Shown: one piece after another, positions 24,300-37,450 of the stretch
How the letters are laid out: every line of letters begins with the position of its first letter
How positions within the stretch are numbered: position 1 is the first letter of the stretch
Assembly (NCBI RefSeq): GCF_030684315.1
Contig: NC_081387.1
Span: forward strand, 10,622,822 to 10,686,821
Direction of reading: 5' to 3'
From: Stegostoma tigrinum
Taxonomy: Eukaryota
Length of the DNA stretch: 64,000 nucleotides
The notes under the pieces: model-generated
What the model was told of the DNA's origin: nothing
The model's database searches: none
Seen by the model: the letters and a program-made list of their open reading frames with translations, nothing else
Program-made: the position numbers and the translations under genes

Positions 24300-24849
24300 T
24301 AGTGAGAGTGTCAATATTATCAATGCACTGACGCATAATCCTGGCAGATTGTGTTAATAGCAACAATATCAATCGAAAGAATGTCTTCCCATTTAACAGC
24401 ACACATTATTACTGGAATAAGCCAGGGTTGAGTTTCAGTCGATGTTCTCACTATGTGATCACATCCCATCACTCATAGTAATTACCTTACACAGACTGGG
24501 ATGTTACATTATGGCTGAGATTGTAGGTGTGCTTTTCACAATTTAATACTTTGCAGTAACTTATGGATACTCCTCATGAGTTTCCAGAATTCCATTCAAA
24601 ATATTCTACTTACATTTACCCATATTTCAGGCAATGTTTCCCAATAGCTGTTAATTTCAGAAGCTGTGCTGTATAATGGCTTTGAGAAACCAAACAATGC
24701 TCAGCACTGCAAGGTTAAACACAGATATTTGTGATGTTTGTATTTGAGTATTGTAATAAGTCATAAAGATTTTCATGAGATTGAAAGGATTTATAAGATT
24801 TTCATTGAAAAAGTGATCTCTGCACATAGAGACTGAAAATCAATGACAA

Positions 24850-25360
24850 GAAAGAGGAAAAAGGAAAAAGAGACAGACATGGAGGTATAGAGACAGAAAC
24901 AAAATAAACAGTGAGATAGACACACAGGTAAAGTGACAATACAGTCAGGGTGACAGAATGACAGACTCACAGACATGAATGCAGGCAGACAGACAGACAC
25001 TTGGACAAACCAATATACAGAGAAACAGATACATTGACAAACACAAGGCCAGAGAGACAGACATAATGATAAACCGTGAGAGCAAGACATGTGGACAAAC
25101 CGATACAGAGAGACACAGACATATGAACGGGCACACAGACAGAGAGACAGACACAGAGGCAAACCGATACAGAGAGAGAGAGAGACATATGGATAAAGAG
25201 GCAGCCACAAGGACAAACCAATGCACAGAGACACTATCACATCGACAGGCACTGAGATAGAGAGACAAACACATGAATAGACACACAGACTGAGAGACAG
25301 ACACATGGACAAACTGACACATAAAGAGAGAAATGCTTAGATCGAAACAGAGAGACAAAT
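24850..25360 (+). repeat. Degenerate (GACA)n/(GA)n microsatellite tract
   Basis: agacagacagacac and gagagagagaga runs. Confidence 0.85.
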
Positions 25361-25595
25361 TCTCATTCCTGCAAAATATTTAGGATACTTCAGAATTCCT
25401 AAATGTTTTACTGCCAATGAATTACTCTGACTTCAATCACTGTTATAATTTAGGAAACAAGATCCCCAATTTGCACTCAGACAATGTATTGGGAGTAAAT
25501 AACTAATGAACCGGTTTAATGATTTTGATTCATGGAAACATATCGGAACTAGGATGCTTAATGTTTTCCTCTTCAACTGAGTGACATGGCCCCTC

Positions 25596-26170
25596 CTACA
25601 TTCCAGCACTGCCTCAGTACTGACCCTCTGACAATGCAGCACTCCCTCAGTACTGACCCTCTGACAGTGCGGCCCTCCCTCAGTACTGACCCTCTGACAG
25701 TGCAACACTCCCTCAGTACTGACCCTCTGACAGTGCGGCCCTCCCTCAGTACTGACCCTCTGACAGTGCAGCACACCCTCAGGACTGGCCCTCTGACAGT
25801 GCGGCACTCCCTCAGTACTGACCCTCTGGCAGCGCGGTCCACCTTCAGTACTGACCCTCTGACAGTGCAGCAGTCCCTCTATACTGACCCTCTGACAGTG
25901 CAGCACTCCCTCAGTATTGACCCTCCGACAGTGTGGCACTCCCTCAGTACTGACCCTCTGACAGTGCAGCACTCCCTCAGTACTGACCCTCTGACAGTGT
26001 GGCACTCCCTCAGTACTGACCGTCTGACAGTGCCAAACTCCCTCAGTACTGACCCTCTGATAGTGCGGCACTCCCTCAGTAGTGACCCTCTGACAGTGCG
26101 GCACTCCCTTAGTACTGACCCCCTGATAGTGCGGCACTCCCTCAGTACTGACCCTCTGACAATACAGTAC
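25596..26170 (+). repeat. 33-bp minisatellite (~17 copies) inside a DeuSINE-like element
   Basis: Unit ctccctcagtactgaccctctgacagtgcagca; gives 11-aa periodic ORFs in several frames; flanked by SINE body (25370-25600, 26170-26270). Confidence 0.95.
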
Positions 26171-26399
26171 TCTATTCGTGCCAACCATGTGACAGAATGA
26201 GACTGAAATCTTTGAAGTGGGTCTTGACCTTTGAACCAGGGATGAAAGTGAGAGCAACTGAGCTTTAGCTATCGCAGATAGGTGATGGTTAAGGCTCCCG
26301 CAGGCTGAGGGATAAGATAATAGGTGATTTGTTTGATTTGGCTGGTTGGCAGGGCACCATGTAAGTGGAAAAGGATGTCAGTTTTAAAAAGACGGGACA

Positions 26400-26960
26400 T
26401 TGGTGAAGTTTCTTCTGGAGTACTTTGAGCGGTTATGGCCACCCCACTGTAGAAAATGAATTGTTAAATTGGAGAGCGTTCAGAAAAGATTTACCAGGAT
26501 TTTGCTGGGAATCGAGGGTTTGAGATGTGTGACCAGCCTGATAGGTTGGTACTTTTTCACTGGAGCATTGGAGATTGAGGGGTGATCTTATAGAGTTTTA
26601 TATAATCGTGTTGTCATAGGCAAGGTGAATGGTTGGTGTTTTCTTTTGCCTAGGGTGGGGCAGTTCGAAATTTGGGGGCATAACGTTGAGACCAGAGGGG
26701 AAAGATTTAAAAAGGATGGGGGCCAACTTTTTTTTAACACAGAATGTGGTTCGCTTGTGGAATGAGCTGCTAGAGGAAGTGGTGGATGTGGGTAGAGATG
26801 TTAAAACAAAGACATTTGGATTAGCACATAAATGGGAAAGATTTGGAGGAATATGGGCCAAATGCAGGCAAGTGGGGCGAGTTTAGGTTGGGGACATGGT
26901 CAGCATGGACTAATTGTGCCAATGGGTCTGTTTCTTTGCTGTCTGACAATGACTGTGTGG
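26400..26960 (+). mobile_element. CR1 LINE 3' fragment
   Basis: ggagagcgttcagaaaagatttaccagg...tggaatgagctgctagaggaagtggtgga. Confidence 0.8.
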
Positions 26961-27924
26961 CAGAGAGATGTTGAGTGAGTTGGGAGGCAGTTCAGTGAGG
27001 GAAGATGGTGACTGATGGGTAAATGAGTGAGATGGTGGGTCCACTGACTGTTATGGGAAAAGGGGATGCGTGGGAGTCGGGCAATGGGGTAGCTACCATA
27101 TCAGTTTCCTTCTTGTAATCTGAGCAGTTCTCGTGGGAATATCACTTGACAGACAAAAGAGCAAGGATTTCAATAGTTAGAATCAAAAGGTGTAATTCTG
27201 CTTAAATGCCCTGTATTGTTTTTGGAGGCACAGTCAGTCCCTGCAATTTCAATATCTAACCTGCTGACATGGAGGGGAGGGATGATTATTTTGGAAAGCT
27301 CACTTGAAACTTTGCTGGAGGATGAAACACATTTTTGTATGTGAAAGGAAGCAGCTTTTAATCAAGTTAACCTTGCCACTTCACAAAGTCAAATTCACGC
27401 TGGTCTCTGAAAACATGTTGTCTGGTGAGGGACTCCACATTTCAGAGGCAACAGTGCCACCTAATGAGCGATGTTTCCTCTCAGAATGCCATCTGATGCT
27501 GAGCCCGAATTTGTCCACTCTATTTTACTTATTTAACATGTTGCTCAATAAATTCAAAACGAGCCTACAGACTTTATTCAATAACATAAGTTTATTGCAC
27601 ACAAAAGAAAAGAAAAAACAAGTTATGTAAACATAGAAGGCAGTTTCAGAGATCTTTGAACACAGAATGACAAAGTGCTGAATCTGCAGAGGCCAAGTGA
27701 TGTTTTCATCAAATTTCATGAGGGGTTCTCTCACAAGTCCCAGCAAGCTTTCTTCCACTATCAACCCAAAACTGCTTCATTTACAAGGGAGCACACTCCT
27801 CTCATCTGACGCTAGCCCAATTCTCCCATTTGCTCAGGTAGAAACACCCACTACTGCTTGGGCATTCTGGGATTCCCTGAACTGGTGCCACATTTGAATG
27901 GCCATCAGGCAGTAGTCAAACGCT

Positions 27925-28458
27925 GGCAATCCAGAATTTCCCTGCACCTTTTGAGACATTAATCCCAGAACGTTAGGTGAAGGGGGTGTTGTCACCATCG
28001 TTTAGAATGAAAGGTGATGGTCACTCCATAGTGCAGCATTATACAGTGGAACAGCACTGTGAATGGATCCTAGATGTGCCATGATGATGAAGTGAGCCTG
28101 GTACATAATGGGTGCCAATATGGCATGGGGTGCATATCGTCATTTTCCATGGAGTGTGCCTGCATTTGCTGGTGTGTGACATCCGAGATGGAAGTCTGGA
28201 GGATCAAGCCACAAGCTGGAGCTACCACGTCCCACATCTTGGGAATTCCATCCAGTGGGCAGTAGAATGGGAGATTGTATGTGAATGAAGTAGGATGAAT
28301 TATAAAGCTAGTAGTCCCCTCACTACTCACATGCCTAAACAACCAAGTGAAAAATGAGACATTTCAGACTCAACATCAAAGAATTTTGCTGGAAACCTCA
28401 CCTGCTCTTCCCAAATTTCTCAGTCACAATTCACCCATGGCTGGGAAGATTCTGCCAA
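27925..28458. mobile_element. Probable MITE (Harbinger-type TIRs)
   Basis: Ends ccagaatttccc (near 27931) and gggaagattctgcc (near 28443) are imperfect inverted repeats. Confidence 0.35.
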
Positions 28459-28595
28459 TTGTTTCGGCCTGTCTCCTGGTGCTGTCCATCACTGAACTTA
28501 CAACCAGAGAAATCACAAACCTGTGCGTGTGTCTTAAGCTTCAAAGGAACTGACACACAACAGTTTATTTGCTGTGATCTGTGGGAACAATTTGA

Positions 28596-31066
28596 TGATA
28601 ACAAAGTGTGAAGCTGGATGAACACAGAAGGCCAAGCAGCATCTCAGGAGCACAAAAGCTGACGTTTTGGGCCCAGACCCTTCATCAGAAAAGGGGGATG
28701 GGGAGAGGGTTCTGGAATAAATAGGGAGAGAGGGGGAGGTGGACCGAAGACGGATAGAGGAGAAGGTAGGTGGAAAGGAGAGAATAGGTGGGGAGGTGGG
28801 GAGGGGATAGGTCAGTCCAGGGAGGATGGACAGGTCAAGGAGGCGGGATGAAGCCAGTAGGTGGGAAATGGAGCAGCAGCTTGAGGTGGGAGGAGGGCAT
28901 GTGTGAGAGGAAGAACAGGTTAGGGAGGCGGGGACAGGCTGGGCTTGTTTTGGGATGCAGTGGGGAGAGGGGACGAGTTGGGCTAGTTTTGGGATGCTGT
29001 GGGGGAAGGGGAGATTTTGAAGCTTGTGAAGTCCACATTGATACCATTGGGCTGCAGGGATCCCAGGCGGAATATGAGTTGCTGTTCCTGCAACCTTCGG
29101 GTGGCACTATTGTGGCACTGCAGGAGGCCCATGAATGACATGTCATCTAAGGAATGGGATGGGGCGTTAAAATGGTGTGCCACTGGGAGGTACAGTTGTT
29201 TATTGTGAACCGAGCAAAAGTGTTCTGCAAAGAGGTCCCTAAACCTCCGCTTGGTTTCCCCAAAGTAGAGGAAGCCACACCGGGTACAGTGGATACAGTA
29301 TAACACATTGGCAGATGTGCAGGTGAACATCTGCTTAATGTGGAAAGTCAGCTTGGGGCCTGGGATGGGGGTGAGGGAGGAAGTGTGGGGGCAAGTGTAG
29401 CACTTCCTGTGGTTGCAGGGGAAGGCGCCGGGTGTGATGGCGTTGGAGGGGAGTGTGGAGCGGATCAGGGAGTCACGGAGATAGTGGTCTCTCCGGAACG
29501 CAGACAAGAGTGGGGATGGAAAATGTCTTGGGCGGTGGTGTTGGATTGTAGATGGCTGAAGTGTCAGAGGATGATGTGTTGTATCCGGAGGGTGGTGGGT
29601 GGTATGTGAGGATGAGGGGGATTCTCTTAGGGTGGTTATTGCGGGGGCGGAGTGTGAAGGATGTGTTGCGGGAAATGCGGGAGACACGATCGAGAGGGGA
29701 AGTTGCGGTCCTTGAAGAACTTGGACATCTGGGATGTGCGGGAGTGGAATGCCTCATCCTGGGAGCAGATGTGATGGAGGCGAAAGAATTGGCAATAGGG
29801 GAGGGAATTTTTGCAGATGGGTGGGTGGGAGGTGCTGTGTTCTAGGTAGATGTGGGAGTCGATGGGCTTGAAATGGACATCAGTTTCTAGCTGGTTGCCT
29901 AAGATGGAGACAGAGAGGCCCAGGACAGTGAGGGATGTGTTGGAGATGGCCCAGGTGAACTTGAGGTTAGGGTGGAAAGTGTTGATAAAATGGATGAACT
30001 GTTCGAGCTGCTCTTGGGAGCAAGAGGTGGCACTCATCCTCACATACCGCCCCACCAACCTCCGGATACAAAGCATCATCCTCCGACACGTCCGCCATCT
30101 ACAATCTGACCCCACCACCAAAGACATTTTTCCATCCCCACCCTTGTCTGCCTTTCGGAGAGACCACTCTCTCCGTGAGTCCCTTGTCCACTCCACACTG
30201 CCCTCCAACCCCACCACACCCGGCACCTTCCCCTGCAACCGCAGGAAGTGCTACACTTGCCCCCACACCTCCTCCCTCACCCCAATCCCAGGCCCCAAGG
30301 TGACTTTCCATATTAAGCAGATGTTCATCTGCACATCTGCTAATGTGGTATACTGTATTCACTGTACCCGGTGTGGCTTCCTCTACATTGGGGAAACCAA
30401 GCAGAGACTTGGGGACCGCTTTGCAGAACACCTCCGTTCAGTTCACAATAACCAACTGCACCTCCCAGTTGCAAACCATTTTAACCTCCCCTCCCATTCT
30501 TTAGATGACATGTCCATCATGGGACCCCTGCAGTGCCACAATGATGCCACCCGAAGGTTACAGGAACAACAACTCATATTCCGCTTGGGAACCCTGCAGC
30601 CATATGGTATCAATGTGGACTTCACCAGCTTCAAAATCTCCCCTTCCCCACTGCTTCTCAAAACCAGCCCAGTTCTTCCCCTACCCCTGCTGCATCACTG
30701 AACCAGCCCAGCTTGTCCCCTCCCCCACTGCATCCCAAAACCAGCCCAACCTGTCTCTGCTTCCATAACCTGTTCTTCCTCCCACCTCAAGCCGCACCTC
30801 CATTTCCTACCTACCACCTCATCCCGCCTCCTTGACCTGTCCGTCTTCCCTGGACTGACCTATCCCCTCCCTACCTCCCCAGCTATACTCTCCTCTCCAC
30901 CTATCTTCTTCTCTATCCATCTTCGGTCCGCCTCCCCCTCGCTCCCTATTTATTCCAGTTCCCTCTCCCCATCCCCCTCTCTAATGAAAGGTCTAGGCCC
31001 GAAACGTCAGCTTTTGTGCTCCTGAGATGCTGCTTGGCCAGCTGTGTTCATCCAGCCTCACATTTT
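28596..31066. mobile_element. Neptune-type Penelope-like element, fold-back arrangement (minus copy 28596-30033, plus copy 30034-31066)
   Basis: ORFs with Cys linker FPCNRRKCYTC and GIY-YIG VVYCIHCTRCGFLYIGETK on both strands; RT thumb region on the minus strand (FIHFINTFHPNLKFTW); pLTR with hammerhead-like core at each outer end. Confidence 0.9.
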
Positions 31067-31159
31067 ACAACCAGAATGATGTCTTCCCCGGGCAATTGCA
31101 ATGCTTTCCATCACTGACCCTCCTCCACTCTGCACCCTTGCCTGTTTCTGAAACCATCG

Positions 31160-32136
31160 CTAACCCAACTCCCCTCCCTCGGTATCTTCTCCAGCCCTGT
31201 ACACTTCCTGGGCTTTGGATTGCGCCCATTCACTTTGCTTCCTCCTCAACTGAATAATTGACTTAATTGGGCGTTTCATTGCAATCAGCAACTGCTCTCT
31301 GAACTTGGATTGAGTCACCCCATAAATAAATGCATTTGTGCAACAATTTAAACTCAATACCATACCAGCAACTTCTGCAAATACATATAAAAAATCGTTG
31401 TAATATGTGGGTTTAATTCCTGTAATGGTGTAATATAAAAAGTCAATGACATATAGAAGCCAAAGCAATATGAAACTGCCGGATATGGTGAAGAGGAAAA
31501 TCACAGACTTTCTTCTGCGCTCCATCTCTGGGTCACTGTGATTCTCTCCTTTGCCCTGACCTCTGAGTCCTTTGCGAACTTGGCTGGTCACCAAAATGTG
31601 TCTGACTGTCAGAGCATTCAGTAACAGAATTAAAGCATACGGGAGCAATGGGGTCAGAATTTTGTCAAACCAGTCAAATCCCAACCACGCAGGGTCAGTA
31701 TGATAGCTTGTCTTCACAACACAGTAGAAGGGAATATTGTCAATTATCTGTCCAGGTTCATAGGTAAAATAGAATGGAATGTCTTTTAAACAAAGCGTAA
31801 TGCAGGTTGTTGCTAGAATCATACTTGCAAGTCTCTTGGTACAATATTTTCTTTTCAGATTCTGGCAACAGATGGCCACGAAGCGATCAAAGGAGAAAGT
31901 GACAGTGAACCAGACAGAACATTCTGTTGCTGCATAAAACAGGACAATGATAACACTGCAGATAGGAGTGATGTTCAAGAAAGATTCTGGAAAATAGTAA
32001 GAATTAATCTGCCACAGTACAACTCCAGTAATAATGACCATTAGATCTGCCATTACCATGGCCACAAGGTAGAGGGTGGTACAGGTGGAGGGACCATTCT
32101 TTCCCTGACACAGGATCACGATAGCCACCAAGTTAA
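31160..32136 (-). CDS. Orphan class A GPCR, GPR139/GPR142-like, exon 2 (TM1 end to C-terminus)
   Basis: Intact ORF with hydrophobic helices: N in TM1, LVAMVMADL (TM2), FDRFVAIC (DRY variant), ECL2 Cys, LLW in TM6, NCCTNAFIY (NPxxY variant). Acceptor tctcttttcactgccag|TT at 32137/32136. The ORF-track start at 32215 is intronic. Confidence 0.9.
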
Positions 32137-33069
32137 CTGGCAGTGAAAAGAGATTGCAAATTAGTAATGAGTTTTTTTTACCATATCCAAATATTTCTGA
32201 CCCTCCTTGACTCAAAAGTTAAAGCTTTTCAAAACAGAATGCATCACTGAAGTGACTCTAACTTAAATATGCTCATTTTCATACTTAATGGACATTCCCT
32301 GCAATGGGCAACCAGTCTGCTTAAAAGTTTCATGAGGTTGTGAATCTCTGATTTCACTTGTTCTAAGCTTGAATTGAATTGGCTTTGGACTTTTGCTAGG
32401 AAGAGAGATGTCACCAGAAATATGTGGACATCAAGAATACAATACTCAGCTCAGAAGAAAGAAAGGCGTGCATTTTGCAGAGCAGCATGTGCAACACAAA
32501 ACAGTTTATAAAGATACAGTTTCAAAATGTGAGAAAATGCAGCAGAGGAATGAAAGATCCATGAGGGACAGAACTAAACATTTGGCTAAAAATTGATCTT
32601 CTGAAATCTCATGTAGAAAGAGACAGAGAATTGGAAAAGTACTCAAAGGGTGCAGGGTGCAGATATACACATCATTGAAATTCACAGAGCAAGTTCGCCC
32701 AGTCAAAATAAAGCAAATGGAAAAACTCCCATCTAAATGGGAAGAAAATTCAGAAATCTTAGGTGCAAAGAGGCTTGTGTGTTCCAGTCCAGGATTCTCT
32801 CAAGGTTTCTGATGAAATAAAATTGAAAAAAGTCAGAGCTATTGTATTAAAACTGTAAAAAAAAATTGAAGTGCAACATATGGCTTTGTTCTTATTTTGC
32901 AGAAAGAACTTAAGAACAAAAGATATTACAAAATGTTGTGCAATGGTATTATCAAAACCTTGACATTTGAACTATCTGGAAAGAAGGATGAGGTTGGAAC
33001 TCTTTTGAAAATAGATGGCTGAGGAGAGACCTAAAGGAAACTGAACCCTTATGAATGGGTTTGAGAGAG

Positions 33070-33990
33070 TTCATAAGACCATAAGACTATAAGGCATAGG
33101 AGCAGAAATCAAGCCATTCAGCCCATCGAGTCTGCTCCACCATTCAATCATGGCTGATACTTCTCACAAGCCCATTCTCCAGCTTTCTTCATGTAATCTT
33201 TCATCTCCTGGACAATCAAGAAGCTACCTGTCTCCATCTTAAATATACTCATTGACCTGGCCTCCATAAACTTCCGTGACAGTGAATTTCAGAGATTCAC
33301 CACTCTCTGGCTGAAGAAGTTTCTCCTCACTTCCATTCCATCCTTACTCTGAGGCTGTGTCATCGGACCCTAGTCTTTCCTACCAATGGAAACATCTTTC
33401 CTACACCCATTCTGTCCAGGCCATTCAGTATTCTGTAAGCTTCAGTTAGATCCCTCCTCATCCTTCCAAACTCCATCAAGTATAGACACAGGTATTCAAA
33501 CACTCCTCATATGTTAAGCTTTTCAGTCCTGGTACCATTATCATGAACCTCCTCTGTACCTGCTCTAGAGCCAGTATACCTCTCCTGAGATATGGAGCCC
33601 AAATCTGCTCACAATACTCCAAATGTGGCCTGATCAGAGCCTTACAGAGCCTCAGACATGCATCCCTACTTTTATATTCAAGCCCCCTCAAAATAAATGC
33701 CAAAGTTGCTTTTTCCTTCCTAACTACTGACTCAACCTGCAAGTTTACCTTGAGAGAATCCTGGACTGGAACGCTCAAGCCTCTTTGCACTTAAGATTTC
33801 TGAATTTTCTTCCCATTTAGAAAATAGTCCATACCTGCATTCTTCTTACCCAAGTGCATGACCTCACATTTTCCCATGTTGTACTCCATCTAACACTTCT
33901 TTATCCACTGTCCTAACCTGTCCAAATCCTTCTGCAGCCTCCCTGCATCCTCAATACTACTTGTCTCTCACTTATTGTTGTATCATCTGC
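33070..33990 (-). mobile_element. CR1 LINE 3' fragment (GPCR intron)
   Basis: ORF ALIRPHLEYCEQIWAPYLRR; cataagaccataagac tail. Confidence 0.9.
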
Positions 33991-35174
33991 ATATTGAAAA
34001 GAAGGAATGGGGATAATTAAAACATATCAGTAGCTATAAACTGAAGCAATTAACCTGAATGCGGTGCAGATATATTTAACTGCATACTAGATACGGATGC
34101 TTTGTAGTAAAAGATATTCTGATTAGGTCAAATACAAAGGCTCCAATGCAGCAGAAAAATCACCAGCTGAGCTAATTCATCTGATTTTATGGTATAATTC
34201 TATGTAACCCAAGTACTAATTAATCAAAGTAATCAATTCCTTTATTTAGTGCACAATATATTTTATTAATAAAGCTTTATATTAGCATTGTAGTCCTGAT
34301 GCCTGAAAGCCCTCATTTAAACTCTTCAATTATCTGTGTCATTGTCCAAAGAGACACACTTACTGATCTCAGGGCAAAGGCTGACATAGATACATGTGTT
34401 GAGACTTTGCATCGCAGGTAATTACTGGTTCATCAAACATTAATCAGTTCCTGAAGTGAGCCATTTAATTACCTTAGGCTGTTGCTGTTACAGGCAGATC
34501 ATAAACATAAGACATTCATGACCCACAGATTCTTAGAAAAGTATTAGAGGAATGGGGATTCATCTCCTACTAATTTATAAAAAAAAACTCAGAATAAAAT
34601 ATGAACCAGAGGAGTTGAATCCTGTAATGGTGTTGTCCTGCTGTTTACCTGCCAGTAATTAGTGTTTATGTGTACCTGTTGGTGCTGTTCAAATGGAATC
34701 ATTGCAATATCACAACACTGCACTTCAGACACTGATTCTGGAATTTCGCCATACAACAAAAAACATTCCCATTGGCCATTATATTCATATAACACTAAGG
34801 CAGCTCCATGGAATGGAGAGAGCAGTCACCTGATTGTAAAATACAATAAATTCATTTATTTCCCCTAGTGAGCCACAGCAACATCAGTCCTAATATGGCA
34901 GTCATTCCCAATAAAACATGATCCCTACAGTCAGGTATTGCACATTGGTTAGTAAAGCACACGCAGGAAAATTCAACAATGACAAATATGTCTGATAATG
35001 CACGTTTTCTGAACATTGCCTTTATTGATGTCTAATTCAGTTGTATCTAATATTTAAAGAAAGGATATGACTTGATAATTCAGAGTGTTTTAGTTACAAA
35101 CTAGTTTACTATCGAATTAAAGGAATGAAGTGACAAAGATAATAGATCAGCATGCAACATTACCAGTCTTAAGG

Positions 35175-35860
35175 ATATAAGACCAGAAGAAGTCAGAACA
35201 GTAGCAGGCCATTCAGCTCTTGAGTCTGGTCTTCCATTCAAACGGATCATGGCTACTCCAACATTCCTTGCATCTATTTTTCTATCTTTTCCCTGTAATC
35301 CTACAGACTATGCACCTATCTATCCCAGTTTTAAATGAACACAAGGAATCTGTCCCCCAACCCTCTGTGACAAGGCGTTTCAAAAATTCACAACAAAGAG
35401 AAGAAATTTCTCCTTATTTTCTTAAATTGGCACCCCTTTATGCAGAGACTGTGCCCCCTGGTTCTAGGCTCTTCCAATGAAGAGAAACATCCTCTCAACA
35501 TTTATCCTTTTGAGCCCTTTAATAATCCTATATGTTTCAATGAAATCACCACTCATTCTTCTAAACTCCAACAAATAGAGCCCCAAGTTGTTTAGCCTCT
35601 GCTCAGGAGACAATCCCTCCACACATGGACCATCCTTGTGAATGGTGTCTGCTCTGTCTCCAATATCCTTCTTTAAATAAGGAGATGAAGCCTGCTCTGG
35701 ATGAGGTCTCATCAGCACCTTGCAGTGCAGTAAGACTTCTCTAGTCTTACACTGCAATCTCCTTGAAATAGGAACAAACATTTCATTGGCCTTCCTGATT
35801 ACTTGCTGTGCCTGTGTTTCATGGACAAACACCACTAAATCCCTTTATGTTGCCACTTAT
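35175..35860 (-). mobile_element. CR1 LINE 3' fragment
   Basis: ORF ...LGLYLLEFRRMSGDFIETYRII. Confidence 0.85.
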
Positions 35861-35917
35861 CATAGAATAGAACTAGAGACGAGCTCACACACAACTTCAG
35901 TATCTATGATTAGTTAC

Positions 35918-35978
35918 TAGAAACAACAACAGCAGGAATTGTGTTGTGTATCTTTCTGATACAGCGACAAGTTCCCAT
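35918..35978 (-). CDS. GPCR exon 1, proximal duplicate (MGTCRCIRKIHNTIPAVVVS, phase 1); possibly decayed
   Basis: Homologous to 38971-39034. Weaker donor A|GTAACT. Has HN instead of YY and a Pro in the TM1 segment. Confidence 0.5.
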
Positions 35979-36529
35979 ACATTTCTATGTAAATTGATCT
36001 ATCTGCAGGCTAGCTCGCTCTGTAAAACTCTAAGGTGACATATTCTCAGCACCTTTATTTACGTGGGATTGTCATGAGAACGTTCAGCTTGTGACTAAAT
36101 TAAAATTGCATTCATTCATTGTAAAAATAAAGAAAAAAAATGAGCAAACTGTTTATGGCAGCAAAATTAATTCATTATTGCCATCAAATATATTAGGAGC
36201 TGAGATTGAATCAGAAATCCTTAAAGACCGGGCAATTTTAATTGTGTTAGTTGACTCATGAAAGTTAGAAATAGTTCTCGTCCAGCTAAACTATCGATCA
36301 CTTGAGCCACATTTGTTTCGTCTCTAGATCTCCTAATGTTTCCATGATCATTTCATTCTGTTCATTCATAATTAAATTTCAAATTTGCAACACCCTCTTG
36401 GGGCTGCTCACTGTTCTCTCGCTGTGCACTTTAACTGTAGTCATTCAGTTAAGAAATTCAAGTAGGGACTTTGTGCCTGTGGAGTCCCAGTTGAATGCAG
36501 TCTCTCTCAAATTAATTTGACAATGACGG

Positions 36530-37450
36530 ATACTTTCAGGAAAACCTTCTGTAAGTTGCCTTTGCTGATGTCAGATTCAGTTCTACATAATTTTTTATTG
36601 AAGGAAGTAATTTGATACTTCAATAATTCATCAGACACATACATTATCCCAAACTCGTCCAACCATTAAATCTATCACAGCATGTAAGCGCAGGACCGAT
36701 ATAACAGTTCAGCATTCCCGGTTACTGCGTTTACGAATGAAATATAAGGCTACCTTTGCCTATCTGACTATTCCAGCGTATAAATAGATTAAAGTTTCTC
36801 ATTATTATCGGCGAGCCTTTCTGACAGGCTTTCATTACATGTGGTTGCTGTTCCAGGATATGAACACCACTGTTACAATCACCTTCTTGTCAGTATTGAT
36901 TCTACATTCCGCTAAACTGTTTCCACATCGCGGATTCTGAATGCAGGTCATTCTTATCCGCTATGTTGATGCTACCATTAACAAACTAAGCCACCCTTCA
37001 CCATTTCCTTGTATCCTGCCATTCTTACAAGTCCGGTACCCTCCAACGTTCTGGCCCAAAGCCTTATCATTCTGCAGTCATGCCTCTGCACTGGCTATCA
37101 GACATCCATAATCATTACTGTTTATACTTCTTGTTCCATCGGTTGCATTTCGAACAATGGCTGCATGCAGATGCAGAGCATTTAGTTTTATCTTTCAACA
37201 CTTCTTGTAAATTATAGTCTTATCTATTGGTAGACTTTTAGATTTGTACTGTCTGTTCTTGTTCAAAACCTTCTTTCTGGCCTTGGTGCTATCCTTAGAT
37301 TTGCAAAACTTCCCAAATGTGGTACATCATCTCAACTATTTAGTTCAACATTGTATCTACTTACCCAGTTATGCAATTGGTGGAATGACCGGCACAGCAT
37401 GACTTAGATTGATACTATACTGTCTGCACAGATCCCATCCTTACTGTAGA
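36530..37450 (-). mobile_element. Old CR1 ORF2 (endonuclease region) remnant
   Basis: Degenerate CR1 5'-ORF2-like sequence; no intact ORF. Confidence 0.4.

Noticed and set aside
24791-25358. Cys/Leu/Ser-rich ORFs
   Set aside because: Translations of the GACA/GA microsatellite.
25596-26170. CRISPR-like array
   Set aside because: Units are contiguous with no unique spacers, the context is eukaryotic, and there are no cas genes.
25433-26257. 274-aa and 204-aa repetitive ORFs (HCQRVSTEGV repeats resembling zinc-finger or keratin-associated proteins)
   Set aside because: They are translations of the 33-bp minisatellite, open on both strands simply because the unit has no stop.
29850-30701. 283-aa novel fusion ORF
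   Set aside because: Artefact of the inversion junction at 30033/30034 joining antisense RT sequence to the GIY-YIG frame.
32137-32215. ORF-track N-terminus MSQGGSEIFGYG... of the GPCR
   Set aside because: It is intronic: it starts at a non-ATG codon, contains the polypyrimidine tract and acceptor, and proper first exons exist upstream.
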